A stretch of DNA of 63,743 nt, filler included, from Octopus bimaculoides (GCF_001194135.2; 5 parts of 4 records of this genome joined end to end with filler, not necessarily neighbours in it); one strand, 5' to 3'; shown: positions 1 through 12,724, counted from the first letter of the whole stretch. Made by a program: numbers and translations. Notes: generated by a model from the letters alone, not told the origin.

Positions 1-75
<75 letters not shown>

Positions 76-704
76 ATCAAACAGAAATATGCGTACACAC
101 CGATATATACACGGACAAAGAGATACGAAGTAGGAAACAGGTACGTTGCTATGTTTTATGTTTTAAGCGTCTGCCAAAGAAAATAAAAGACGAAATTAAA
201 ATATAAAAAAAAAACAACAAGCAAAATATTTACTATCAGAACTTAGATAACGGGATCAAAATAAATAGAAATAAAATTCACTTTTGTCTTTATAGCGTCG
301 CGAGTCGTGATTGTAAAGTAGTTCAGCAGACGACAGAGAATGTAATTAAGAATGTTCCATCTTTATTGATTGCCTTTACAAGCTTTAGAATTGGTGAAAT
401 TGTTAGAGCGACGCGGAAAGTGCCCTTGTGGCATTTCTTCCGAGTCTGTACGCTTTGAGTTCAACTTTGTATTCCGTCCGTTTAGGGTCGAAAAAAAAAA
501 ATACAGCACCATTCACGAGTGTTCTTTTATCCTTTTACTTGTTACAATCATTTGTCTGCAGCCAAGCTGGAGCACTGCTTTTTAGTTGAACAAATCAACC
601 CCAGGAGTTATTCTTTGTATGCCTGGTACTTATTCTATCACTGGTATTCGAGTATTATTTTTTCCACCTTGTTTCACATTTACGTGCTTACTCCAGCATG
701 TATG

Positions 705-746
<42 letters not shown>

Positions 747-3700
747 TATATATATATGTATGAGCACTGCCCTGAAAAGTTAGTTGTTGCCCCCCCCCCA
801 CACACCAGTAATGAACTGAAATCTGTTTTTCTATCTTCCCTTTTCTGCTGAACTGCTATGTTAATGATACATAAACAAAATATCATCACCTGTGAAGAAG
901 TGAGGAACAAATACTAATAAATACACACATACACATCTGTATAAGCAAACGCGTGCGTGCGCAGAAGTAGTACAAGAATTGGAGATATCGGTGACAAGTT
1001 TTGTCCCTTGCTACTCGTCTCTTTCATGGCAAAATACTGGTAGCTGTTTATCGGTGACGTTAATTTTAGTAATATGATGTCGGATGGAATCTGTGTCCTT
1101 CTGAGTGTTGAGAGGAAAACTTGAAATTTCAGTATCCAACGCAAGTGGCCTAGCTGCTACACATATGGCAGTAAAAGTGTTGTCATAGAAAGCCTAAAAG
1201 AACGAAGGCAACAACAGTAACAATGATACAGGACGTTTGCCGGTCATAAGAGGACATCATATTCTGGAGTCAGCAGAAAAAGAAAAAGATGGTTCGTCGG
1301 GATGGCCTGGAGTGAAATGTTACCCTCTCTCAGCAATGACAGATAAAAACGAAGAGCGCCAGCCACAGCAATGTCAACAATATCGGCAACAGCTTGTAGA
1401 AAATTCCTAAGATGTATACTCTTGCTTTTATGAGAATGGTGACCAAACAAAGACCAATTGTGGTAAGCAGATATCTTAGAAAAGAGTAAAAATGAATGGA
1501 AAAAGCGGAAGAAGATCCAACGGGAAAGAAAAAAAAATAGTTTAAATGTGAGGTGGAATTCATCTCTTATGAAGAGAAGAGATTTTCCGCTCAGGAACGG
1601 CGCGTTTCATTTGAGCATTATGTGATTCGAGCCTGCTACACGATTTCGATTCTTAGCTTGTGGCTCACAAATCGAAGTATTAATGTTCTTCATAGTGCTA
1701 TGATCATCCCAACTTACCATATTTTTTTTCTCCTCTTAAACTCATTGGATTCATGGAATATTAGAAAAGAAGTTCTGCTCTTCACACACACACACACACA
1801 CACACATATAGACTGATACACACATAAACTCATATACACTCACTTTATATATATGCATAAGATTACATATATGAAGCTATAAACTACATACAAACATACG
1901 TACATGTATATATGTGTTTGTGTGTGTGCATGGGATGCATGTGTGTGTGTGTGTGATGTGTGTGTACATGCATGTACGTATACACTCTAGCACAGTAACA
2001 CCATAGTATCTACAGCTACGTAACATTTAATTAGCACCATTGTCCTTCTCTTTCACCAACGGTACCCCCATTGCATCACCTCTCACCACCTCTCTTATTA
2101 TCCCCCTCTACACCATCAGTCTTTTGCTATTACTTTACCAAATTTCCCAATCTCATTAATACCATTATTCAGATTCTCCCATTAGCAGTGTGGAACCCTC
2201 TTGCCCGAGGTCCTTAAACTAGTTTACATTTGCAACCAGATTATTTTAAATAATAGAACTGCCATATTAAAGATTTTCATGTAAAATAGAGAGAAAGAGA
2301 TAGAGAGATAGATAGATAGAGAGAAAGAGATAGATAGAGAGAAAGATAGAGAGAGAGAAGATGGAAGAGAGAAAGAAAGAAAAGAAGGAAGGAAACGAAG
2401 AAAGAAGAAAGAGCGCATTTCTCCTTTCCTTTTTTTTTTGTTCAGCATATTAAAGTTTAATTATCGTATGGCTTCTTCTGGGTTTCGTTTTTTATGCATC
2501 TGTTATTTTGAACTCCCTGTATGTATGTATGTATGTATGTATGTATGTATGTATGTATGTATGTATGTATGCATGTATGCATGTATGAGTGTATATATAT
2601 ATACACACATATATATNNNNNNNNNNNNNNNNNNNNNNNNNNNNNNNNNNNNNNNNNNNNNNNNNNNNNNNNNNNNNNNNNNNNNNNNNNNNNNNNNNNN
2701 NNNNNNNNNNNNNNNNNNNNNNNNNNNNNNNNNNNNNNNNNNNNNNNNNNNNNNNNNNNNNNNNNNNNNNNNNNNNNNNNNNNNNNNNNNNNNNNNNNNN
2801 NNNNNNNNNNNNNNNNNNNNNNNNNNNNNNNNNNNNNNNNNNNNNNNNNNNNNNNNNNNNNNNNNNNNNNNNNNNNNNNNNNNNNNNNNNNNNNNNNNNN
2901 NNNNNNNNNNNNNNNNNNNNNNNNNNNNNNNNNNNNNNNNNNNNNNNNNNNNNNNNNNNNNNNNNNNNNNNNNNNNNNNNNNNNNNNNNNNNNNNNNNNN
3001 NNNNNNNNNNNNNNNNNNNNNNNNNNNNNNNNNNNNNNNNNNNNNNNNNNNNNNNNNNNNNNNNNNNNNNNNNNNNNNNNNNNNNNNNNNNNNNNNNNNN
3101 NNNNNNNNNNNNNNNNNNNNNNNNNNNNNNNNNNNNNNNNNNNNNNNNNNNNNNNNNNNNNNNNNNNNNNNNNNNNNNNNNNNNNNNNNNNNNNNNNNNN
3201 NNNNNNNNNNNNNNNNNNNNNNNNNNNNNNNNNNNNNNNNNNNNNNNNNNNNNNNNNNNNNNNNNNNNNNTATATATATATATATATGCTTTATTATTAC
3301 CTTTATTTTTTACTTTTTGTTGCATACATACACATATGCATACATAAAGAAGTATGCATACGCACACGTGACTATAAGTAATTTTAAATACACGAAGAAT
3401 GAGTTTCGGAGCAAAGACTACCAAAGATTTCAATAAAAGACTTTTGTCCGATCCTATAACGATTAATTATTGTATTAATTTTAGACACTAGCCTTAATTT
3501 TAAATGTTTCTGTTGTAATAATAATATCCACTTCGAGTTTCCTATTAGAACAGCGTTGTCAATGAATATTTAAGTAAAAGAAAATGTGAAGAGGGTGAGA
3601 AACATTACTACCAGTGCTTCTATGCCTAAACAATTATCTAATGAGCTCATTAACCTACAACTGTTTCTGCTTTAAGAATTATAGCTGAGTACCTGGGTAA

Positions 3701-3997
3701 CACCTCAGCTTTTCTAAGTGTATATGTATGTGTCTGTACANNNNNNNNNNATATACATATATATGTATATATATATATGTACATACATGTATATATATAC
3801 GTATATATACAAGTATATATGTGTATATATAAGTATATATGTGTATATATAGGTATATACATGAATGCATGTATGTATACGCGTGTGTATAGTTGGCGAT
3901 TTTCTTCCTCCGTCTTTCCTTCCTTCCCTGAGCGTCTTATAATTCAGTACTTGTACCACGTCCTCGTGTTATTGTTTTTTCTTGTTTGTTCTTCTTT

Positions 3998-4300
3998 GTT
4001 TGGATTCACTATATATACCGTAAGGTCGTGAGTTCAATTCCCGGTGACGTGTTGTGTACTTGAACAAGACACTTCGTTTCACGTTGCTCCAGTCAACTCA
4101 GCTGGCAAAAATGAGTAGTAACTGTATTTCAAAGGGCCAGCCTTGTAACATTCTGTGTCACGCTGAATCTCCTTGAGAATTACGTTAAGGGTTACACGTG
4201 TCTGTGGAGTGCTCAGCCACTTGCACGTTAATTTCACGAGCAAGCTGTTCCGTTGATCGGATCAGCTGGGACCCTCGACGTCGTAACCGACTGAGTTCTC
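3998..4300 (+). mobile_element. SINE family A (tRNA-like head, CORE-like middle, specific tail)
   Basis: B-box GAGTTCAATTCC and core ttgtgt(a/c)cttga(a/g)caagac. The tail gtggagtgctcagccacttgcacgttaatttcacg is shared with 14729-15050. Confidence 0.8.
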
Positions 4301-5745
4301 CTTATACATGCATAATACATACACAATCACATTTACACATATGTGGTTATACCCATATATAAACTTAATACCCTAGTTTTACGAGACTTGTCTTTTAAGG
4401 AAACTCGGTTTTTTATGCCCTGAAAATTCCCACATCTTTTAAATTGATGGTCTTCTTTGCGGTGCTTTGTGGCTCCTGATGTTTTGAGTTCAAATTACTC
4501 TGAGGTCAGCATCATTTTTCGAACTCTGTGATTAGGAGCTGTGAAGTGAAGCAGTTTTTCAAAAGGCTCTTTTGATTAGGTTAGGTAAAGATGAAATAGG
4601 ATTTTGTGATGTTGATGCCTTTACAAAATGACAATGTAGCGACAAGTTAGTGTAATTGCTTCTAAGAAGTTATGCCTTGCCGTATGGTCCCTCTCAACCA
4701 CGTCCCAAAATGTCAACATTTATTATTAGTGAAACGAAAGAATAAAAAAAATATATAGACTGCAAGACTGGAAGACACCGAAAAAAAAATATATAAAGGA
4801 ATACAAGACGAAAGAGAAATTTAACGAGGAAGAGAGAGAGAGAGAGAGAGACAGACAGAATGGCGGTGGTGGTGGTGGTGGTGGAGTGAAATGGAATGAT
4901 AAACATGCTGTATTTTGGGAACACGAAACACGAACGACAGGATAGAATATGAGTAAAGAAAATAATAATGAAAGAAAAAGGAAATATGAAAGGCAGAAGT
5001 CTGAAAATCCGTGGGAATTTTCACCATGTTGAGTCAAGCAATAATCACCTGTTCCTTGTCTTTTCAAAAAAATAGGGAACAGAAATCTAAGCGTCTTTCT
5101 TTCTTTCTTTCTTTGATATCTCTCTCACACACACACACACACATACACATCTGCACGCACCTCTTCCTACTCTTATCTCTCCCAATTTGACAAAAAAAAA
5201 AAACAGTAGCTAATTGTAAGAGCAGCAGAATACTCGGTCACCTACACGTTAACCTCACGAATAGGAACTTAACGGACGCAACAACCACCGATTGATCACC
5301 GTCGAAAGCGACGGAAATACCACCACCGCCACCACCAACGCAGTTGACGATATTTTTTTGTTATTTTTGTTCTTAACTTTGCTATATTTGTTGTTGTTGT
5401 TGTTGTTGTTGTTTTGACTATGTTCGGCGTTCTGACGATATAGTTGTTGTTAGTGCTGTTCAGTGGTAATGTTACAATGTTGTTGAGGTTGTTGCTGTTG
5501 TTAGTGTTGTGAATGTTCTTTGCTGTTATTGTAGTAGTTGATATTCTTGTTACTGCAGTTGTGGTAGTAGTAGTAGTAGTAGTAGTAGTAGTTGCTTTTG
5601 TTTTTGCTTTATTATTTAATCTCCAGGGTTGTTTTGCATTTGTCAGTGTTTCTTTGCCAAAAGGAAGTTGAACAGAGATGAAGGAGTCGAAAGGCGGAAA
5701 CGAAGAAAAAAAAAAGAAAGAAAAAGTAAACGAAAAACTGTGAGT

Positions 5746-5784
<39 letters not shown>

Positions 5785-6826
5785 NNNNNNNNNNNNNNNN
5801 NNNNNNNNNNNNNNNNNNNNNNNNNNNNNNNNNNNNNNNNNNNNNNNNNNNNNNNNNNNNNNNNNNNNNNNNNNNNNNNNNNNNNNNNNNNNNNNNNNNN
5901 NNNNNNNNNNNNNNNNNNNNNNNNNNNNNNNNNNNNNNNNNNNNNNNNNNNNNNNNNNNNNNNNNNNNNNNNNNNNNNNNNNNNNNNNNNNNNNNNNNNN
6001 NNNNNNNNNNNNNNNNNNNNNNNNNNNNNNNNNNNNNNNNNNNNNNNNNNNNNNNNNNNNNNNNNNNNNNNNNNNNNNNNNNNNNNNNNNNNNNNNNNNN
6101 NNNNNNNNNNNNNNNNNNNNNNNNNNNNNNNNNNNNNNNNNNNNNNNNNNNNNNNNNNNNNNNNNNNNNNNNNNNNNNNNNNNNNNNNNNNNNNNNNNNN
6201 NNNNNNNNNNNNNNNNNNNNNNNNNNNNNNNNNNNNNNNNNNNNNNNNNNNNNNNNNNNNNNNNNNNNNNNNNNNNNNNNNNNNNNNNNNNNNNNNNNNN
6301 NNNNNNNNNNNNNNNNNNNNNNNNNNNNNNNNNNNNNNNNNNNNNNNNNNNNNNNNNNNNNNNNNNNNNNNNNNNNNNNNNNNNNNNNNNNNNNNNNNNN
6401 NNNNNNNNNNNNNNNNNNNNNNNNNNNNNNNNNNNNNNNNNNNNNNNNNNNNNNNNNNNNNNNNNNNNNNNNNNNNNNNNNNNNNNNNNNNNNNNNNNNN
6501 NNNNNNNNNNNNNNNNNNNNNNNNNNNNNNNNNNNNNNNNNNNNNNNNNNNNNNNNNNNNNNNNNNNNNNNNNNNNNNNNNNNNNNNNNNNNNNNNNNNN
6601 NNNNNNNNNNNNNNNNNNNNNNNNNNNNNNNNNNNNNNNNNNNNNNNNNNNNNNNNNNNNNNNNNNNNNNNNNNNNNNNNNNNNNNNNNNNNNNNNNNNN
6701 NNNNNNNNNNNNNNNNNNNNNNNNNNNNNNNNNNNNNNNNNNNNNNNAAAAAATAAAATAAAAAACCCAAAAGGCTAATAATACTAGAGAGTGCATTCTA
6801 ATTTAATATATATATATATATATATA

Positions 6827-6867
<41 letters not shown>

Positions 6868-6891
6868 ATGCATATGTAGGTATGTATATAT

Positions 6892-6934
<43 letters not shown>

Positions 6935-7159
6935 CACATATATGTATATATTGACACGTATATATGTACAATGTACATACATATATATATGTATATATAT
7001 GTGTGTATATATATGTGTGTATGTATGTGTGTGTGTATGTGTGTATGTTTGTATGTGTGTGGAGAAAAACAAAAATATCTTATAGGTGTTCTCAAAGATC
7101 GAAACAAATTCTGTTATTCACTCCTCCTCCTACTCTTCCTCCTGTTCCTCCGTTCTTCT

Positions 7160-7300
7160 TTTTCTTCTTCTTCTTCTTCTTCTTCTTCTTCTTCTTCTTC
7201 TTCTTCTTCTTCTTCTTCTTCTTCTTCTTCTTCTTCTTCTTCCTTCCTTCCTTCCTTCCTTCCTTCTCCTCTTCCTTCTCCTCTTCCTTCTCCCCTTCAT
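7160..7300 (+). repeat. (TTC)n/(TTCC)n microsatellite
   Basis: Directly visible. Confidence 0.97.
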
Positions 7301-7799
7301 ATCGAGTGCTGTTTGTAAGAGAAGTGATNNNNNNNNNNNNNNNNNNNNNNNNNNNNNNNNNNNNNNNNNNNNNNNNNNNNNNNNNNNNNNNNNNNNNNNN
7401 NNNNNNNNNNNNNNNNNNNNNNNNNNNNNNNNNNNNNNNNNNNNNNNNNNNNNNNNNNNNNNNNNNNNNNNNNNNNNNNNNNNNNNNNNNNNNNNNNNNN
7501 NACGACGACGATGACGATGGCGACGATGGTGGCGGCGGCGATGACGATGACGACGACGACGGTGGAGACACTTTAGTTTTACTTTCGCTTTTATATATTT
7601 GTTTTGTTTTTTTTTCGAAATAGGAAACACCATAGTAAAAAGTGAAAAAAAGAAACAAAAAAAAAACAAACAAACAAAGGAACTGAATTAAAAATTAAAA
7701 CATAAAATAAAGGTAAAAAAAAATGCTCCGAAGTAAGGAGAAAGAAAAGAAGAAGAATTAAGGCAATAGAGATTGAGGAGAAAGATAAGGAGAACGAGA

Positions 7800-7853
7800 A
7801 AGAATGTGAGAGAGAGAGGGGGGAGAGAAAGAGAAAGTGAGAGTGAGAGAGAA

Positions 7854-7884
<31 letters not shown>

Positions 7885-8230
7885 CAATGAGAGAGTGAGA
7901 ATGAGGGAGAGAGAGAACGTGAGAGTGGGAGGAAATGAGAAGGAGAGGGAGAGGGAGAGAGAGTGAGAATGAGAGAGTGAGAATGAGAGAGAGAGAAAGT
8001 GAGTGGGAGAAGGAGAGAGAAAGAAAGAAAGTGAGAATGAGAGAGAGAGAGAGAGAAGAAATGGGAGGGAGAGGGAGAGAGAGATTGAGAGAAAGTGGGA
8101 GTGAGAGGGAAAGTGAGAAAGTGAGAGGGGGAGTGAGAGAGAAAGTGAGAAAGTGAGGGGGGAGTGAGAGAGAGAAAGTGAGAGTGAGAGTGAGAAAGAA
8201 AGAGAGAAAATAAGAAAGAGAGAGTGAGAG
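7800..8230 (+). repeat. GA-rich low-complexity tract
   Basis: Directly visible (GA)n with gtgaga/aatgag variants. Confidence 0.95.
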
Positions 8231-8339
8231 AGGGTGAGAAAGTTAGTAATAAATGATATGGTAAAGTATTATTATGTCAGTATGTGTTTAGAGTTAATGA
8301 GTGATGAGGAGTCTTGCAAATAACGAGATGATCATTTGG

Positions 8340-8371
<32 letters not shown>

Positions 8372-8488
8372 TGACTGGCGATAACAGAGACGTCGGTTCG
8401 ATCCTGTTGTTAGCAACCATTTGGTTTCTTTTTATTTACTAAAGCATTATCTTTTTTTTTTATTTTATTTTCTACTTGTTTCAGGTAT

Positions 8489-8657
8489 TAGACGATGGGC
8501 TTCTTTCAGTGTCCATGTATCAAATCCCCTCACAAGGTGTTGGTCGACCTGAGGTCTAAAGTAGAAGTCACTTACCCAAGGTGCCACGCAGTGGGACTGA
8601 ACCCAAGACCACATGGTCAGGAAAGAAGCTTCTCATCACACAGCCACGTCTGCGCCT
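8489..8657 (-). mobile_element. SINE family B (tRNA head, CORE-like ggcaccttgggcaagtg)
   Basis: Collinear with copies at 42952-43051(+), 43495-43665(+), 45680-45848(-), 50870-50965(+), 40264-40335(+, tail only) and 13640-13710(-, head only). Confidence 0.8.
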
Positions 8658-9605
8658 ATCACTAAGGAAACTATATGAATTAGCGGTTCAGTAAACGACA
8701 ACCGACAACCAAAGTACCATGGTTGGGATCGATTCATTCAGTTAAAACACTTTATAGCGATGCTGCAGCATGGCCACCGTCCTGTGACTGAAACAAGTAA
8801 GAAGGAAAACTAATGATAAGACATAATGTTAGTCAAAAATCATAAATTATGAAAATGTATGTAAATGTATAACATGAATATTCATAAGAGGCAAACCTGT
8901 TAGCTTTAAAGAATCCTCGGTATTTGGGCAAAATATTCATCAGGTAACAATATTTTCTGGCCATCATGAATTTTTATGAAGAGCGTATTTTTACCCACGA
9001 ACCGTATCATGGATTTCGCAGTTATTTCAGGGAATGAAAGGAGGATCTAATGAAACAATAATTAATTAAGATTAATGGAGATTAAAGAAGATAATTCGGG
9101 TAATTAGTAAAGATTAATAAAGATTAATTAGCGATGAAGTCTATGATTTAAATTTGTGAATTAGAGAAGGATCCATGTATTTTTTTTCTTTGTGTTCGGC
9201 CTTTATTTGAACTTAAAATCATCACAAAAGGATAGCAAAATATTTGTTAATTATATAACTGCTTCTGTTTCATCGTAGAGGTAAGATTAAAAATACGAAA
9301 TAATAAATTTTAGAAAAATAATAGAGTAAAATTAATTAAAGACTAAACTGGAAATAGGATTGCATCGTAGTGGTGTGTTTAAAAAATAATTGACACTAAG
9401 TTAAAAAAGAAGGGTATTTAAACAGCGATTAAAGGCTAAATTTGAAATAAGAGCATGTTATAGTAGTAATATGGTTAAAAATAGTGAATGCGAAGTTTTA
9501 AAATAAAAGTATTGGAAGAAAACAATAAATTTGAAATGGGATTAGGAAATGTTAAGCTGAGGCATTGGCAAGAAAAGCCGACGAAAGTGGACATAGCAAG
9601 AGAAG

Positions 9606-9648
<43 letters not shown>

Positions 9649-9649
9649 T

Positions 9650-9980
9650 TCAGACAAATGCATAACAAAAACACCAGGACTTACAAATATATATAACATA
9701 CAGAAAATTGCACTACTGGGCACTGCACACATCCTACGCAAAACACTTTCAATACAGTAACCATAAGAGCATCACAGCAAACCACAGCACATACNNNNNN
9801 NNNNNNNNNNNNNNNNNNNNNNNNNNNNNNNNNNNNNNNNNNNNNNNNNNNNNNNNNNNNNNNNNNNNNNNNNNNNNNNNNNNNNNNNNNNNNNNNNNNN
9901 NNNNNNNNNNNNNNNNNNNNNNNNNNNNNNNNNNNNNNNNNNNNNNNNNNNNNNNNNNNNNNNNNNNNNNNNNNNNNGGC

Positions 9981-9982
<2 letters not shown>
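9650..9982 (+). mobile_element. R4/Dong-like RLE non-LTR 3' end inside a (TAA)n array (partly in a gap)
   Basis: Reads SDKCITKTPGLTNIYNIQKIALLGTAHILRKTLSIQ* (stop 9758-9760). Preceded by (TAA)n at 9608-9646 and followed, after gap 9795-9977, by (TAA)n. Confidence 0.75.
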
Positions 9983-10050
<68 letters not shown>

Positions 10051-10051
10051 T

Positions 10052-10115
<64 letters not shown>
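9983..10115 (+). repeat. (TAA)n/(TGA)n microsatellite
   Basis: Directly visible. Further (TAA)n tracts at 9608-9646, 15500-15582, 37781-37837, 55245-55400, 55742-55800, 56155-56230 and 58111-58134. Confidence 0.98.
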
Positions 10116-10117
<2 letters not shown>

Positions 10118-10119
<2 letters not shown>

Positions 10120-10180
10120 AGGTCACGACAATATAGCCAGGCTTGTCCACTGGACACTTTGCGATAAGTATGGACTTGAC
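10118..10180 (+). mobile_element. Short internal R4/Dong-like fragment
   Basis: Reads RGHDNIARLVHWTLCDKYGLD directly after (TAA)n. Matches RHDNMTKFVHWRLCEKYGL of copy 4. Confidence 0.8.
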
Positions 10181-10507
10181 ATCCATCACTCGCACGACCA
10201 CGAACACACCTGCACACATATACTACCATCCCACTAAACACTTCCTGCACACACAGACAGACAGACGCACACACACACACACACGCACACACGCAAGCAC
10301 ATTAAAGAAACATTTACACACGCATACACAAGTATCCCACATGCACACTCACTATGGCTATTTTCGCGCTCTCCTGCCATCAAAACCACGTTCACTATCT
10401 CTTTTCAACTTCCGGTCAGTTATTCTTCGGCCGTTCAACGAAACACGTGCTTTTTGTTTTCGGACAATCTGCTCCTTCCTCCGTTTCCTCTTCTTTGGAC
10501 TTTTTAC

Positions 10508-10540
10508 TCTTTCCGACGAAGAGCCAGGCTCGAAACCTCA
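10508..10540 (+). ncRNA. Second, more decayed hammerhead relic of the same family
   Basis: Reads TCTTT-CCGACGA-A-GAGC-CAG-GCTC-GAAAC. Same helix I 5' arm and helix II stem as the minus copy. U4>C and the 3' arm is decayed. Confidence 0.55.
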
Positions 10541-10766
10541 TTTCCACTTCCATCTAAAACTTTCACGGAGCGTCAATCTAATATAGTCACAGTTTTCGCC
10601 TAATTGGCTTGCTTGTATATATGTATGTATACATGTATGAATGTATATATGAATGTATGTATATATATATATATATGGGAGAATGTACGAAAAAAAACAA
10701 CAGACGAGGACAGGTGGTGTAAACAACAAAAGGATGTATTAGTTTGACGTTCGGGAATACAGAAAG

Positions 10767-10803
10767 TCTTTAACGTTTCGAGCTACGCTCTTCAACAGAA
10801 AGA
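10767..10803 (-). ncRNA. Minimal type I hammerhead ribozyme relic, Penelope-like element terminus
   Basis: Minus strand reads TCTTT-CTGTTGA-A-GAGC-GTA-GCTC-GAAA-CG-TT-AAAGA. Helix I is TCTTT/AAAGA (5 bp), helix II is GAGC/GCTC, and the helix III position is the palindrome ACGT. The core has one deviation (A6>U). Confidence 0.7.
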
Positions 10804-10873
10804 ATACGGAGAAAACAAGGAGAAAAACACGGAGAAAAAAAATTGAATGGTCTTTGGTCAACGATCTATCATG

Positions 10874-10904
<31 letters not shown>

Positions 10905-11447
10905 GTATGTATGCATGCATGTATGAATGTATATATGTATGTATGTATGCATGCATGTATGTATGCATGTATGTATGCATGCATGTATGTATGCATGTAT
11001 GTATGCATGTATGTATGAATGCATGAATGTATGTATGTATATCATTATTCAGTGTATTTCAAGATTCCTTGCCAATTGACAAAGAACCAGTTTCTAACCT
11101 AGGTCCAAGGCTCCTTCATTGGAATTTTAACATCATCAACAAGGTATTTTTGTATGTATGTATGTATGTATGTATGTACGTATGTATGTATGTATGTACG
11201 TATGTATGCATGTATGTATGTATGCCCAATCTAAAGACTTACTGGAGTAATATTAATTGCTCTTAAGCCATTTTCTTTTTCCTGTATTTTTCTTTCTGTC
11301 CGCATTTTGGACTCTCTTCATCCTCCTGGTCCTATATCTTTTGTTGTTTCCCGCTTCCTGTCTCTTGCTTCTTCGTAATTATTCGATCTTTACTTTATCC
11401 TCATTAACCTTTTTTATAACGTCGTTCATCCACCCATCTCTTTCAGC

Positions 11448-11581
11448 TTTACTGAGCTGTGTATCTCTCAATCTTTCTCTACCTCATTGTCTATCTGTCT
11501 GTTCCTCCTCTCTCTCTCCCTCTCACCTCTCTTTCTGTTTCTTTACCCAGCTGTATATCTATCATATTTATTCTACTACTT

Positions 11582-11636
<55 letters not shown>

Positions 11637-11768
11637 ACTCAGCTTTGTTTCTCTCACTCTTTCTCTATCTTCTTTGTTCCTTTCTCTCTCTCTTTCTCTC
11701 TTTCTTTCTCTCTATCTCTCTCTTTCTTTCTCTCTATCTCTCTCTTTCTTTCTCTCTCTCTCTCTACA

Positions 11769-11809
<41 letters not shown>

Positions 11810-12140
11810 ACTCAGCTTTGTTTCTCTCACTCTTTATCTTCTTTGTTCCTTTCTCTCTCTCTACACCGTTCTCTCACTTTCTTTCTCTCTTTCTATCTCT
11901 CTCTCTTTCTTTCTCTCTCTCTTTCTTTCTCTCTCTCTTTCTTTCTCTCTCTCTCTCTTTCTCTCCCTCTCTCTCTCTCTTTCTTTTTTTCTCTCTCTCT
12001 CTCTCTCTCTTTACTCAGCTTTGTTTCTCTCACTCTTTCTCTATCTTCTATGTTCCTTTCTCTCTCTCTCTCTACACTATTCTCTCTCATTCTCACTCTT
12101 TCTCTGGTCTCCTCTCTATTCATTCCCCAACGCTTACCCC
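11448..12140 (+). repeat. Composite CT-rich minisatellite
   Basis: A cassette tttactcagctttgtttctctcactctt..tatcttct.tgttcctttctctc recurs at 11634, 11807 and 12010 (older variants at 11448 and 11542), separated by (CT)n. Confidence 0.85.
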
Positions 12141-12724
12141 TCCACATCCATCTTCTTGACCCCTTTCATGATGCACACTTTTTTTATCTTCCCCATCCTC
12201 TACGTCTTGTCTCTCTTCCTCTGAATGCCTCTACATCTTTTATGAACGACAAAACAAGACAGAATACATTGCTCTGTCTACTTAAGAACATCGGAAACGA
12301 TATCAAACATATCAGGACTTATTCATTAATGTATCGATGTAAGGAGTGCTTGAACTAATTCTTTCTATTTAATGGTGATTCTGCGGGAGTTCACCAGTAA
12401 AATATCTAATTGGAACCAAAGATATTTTCGCTCTAATCACAAACATTAAGAGTGCTTTTCTTTTCTCTAGAATCATCGCAAAGATCACAATGGCCTATAC
12501 GTTGACCGGCCGGCATTATTAAAAGAATATTGAGCGAATAGGGGAACATGTACGTGGTCACTTGTTCTACTAGAAATAGTAGCAGTCTCTTTAAATTCCA
12601 TAAAAGAAGTATCTTTAAGAGAGAAAGGGTGCAGTAATTGAGGTTAAGTTGTTTTAGTTCTTCGGTTTAGCTTAACTTTTACGACTAACGATGTTCTGGA
12701 ATACCGATAATGATATAGATATAC

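Noticed and set aside
296-8943. Candidate upstream plus-strand micro-exons at 296-393, 3549-3594 and 8904-8943
   Set aside because: Each has plausible AG/GT ends and an open frame, but the phases (2-1, 0-1, 2-0) do not chain with one another. The acceptors of the last two are weak, and such hits are expected by chance.
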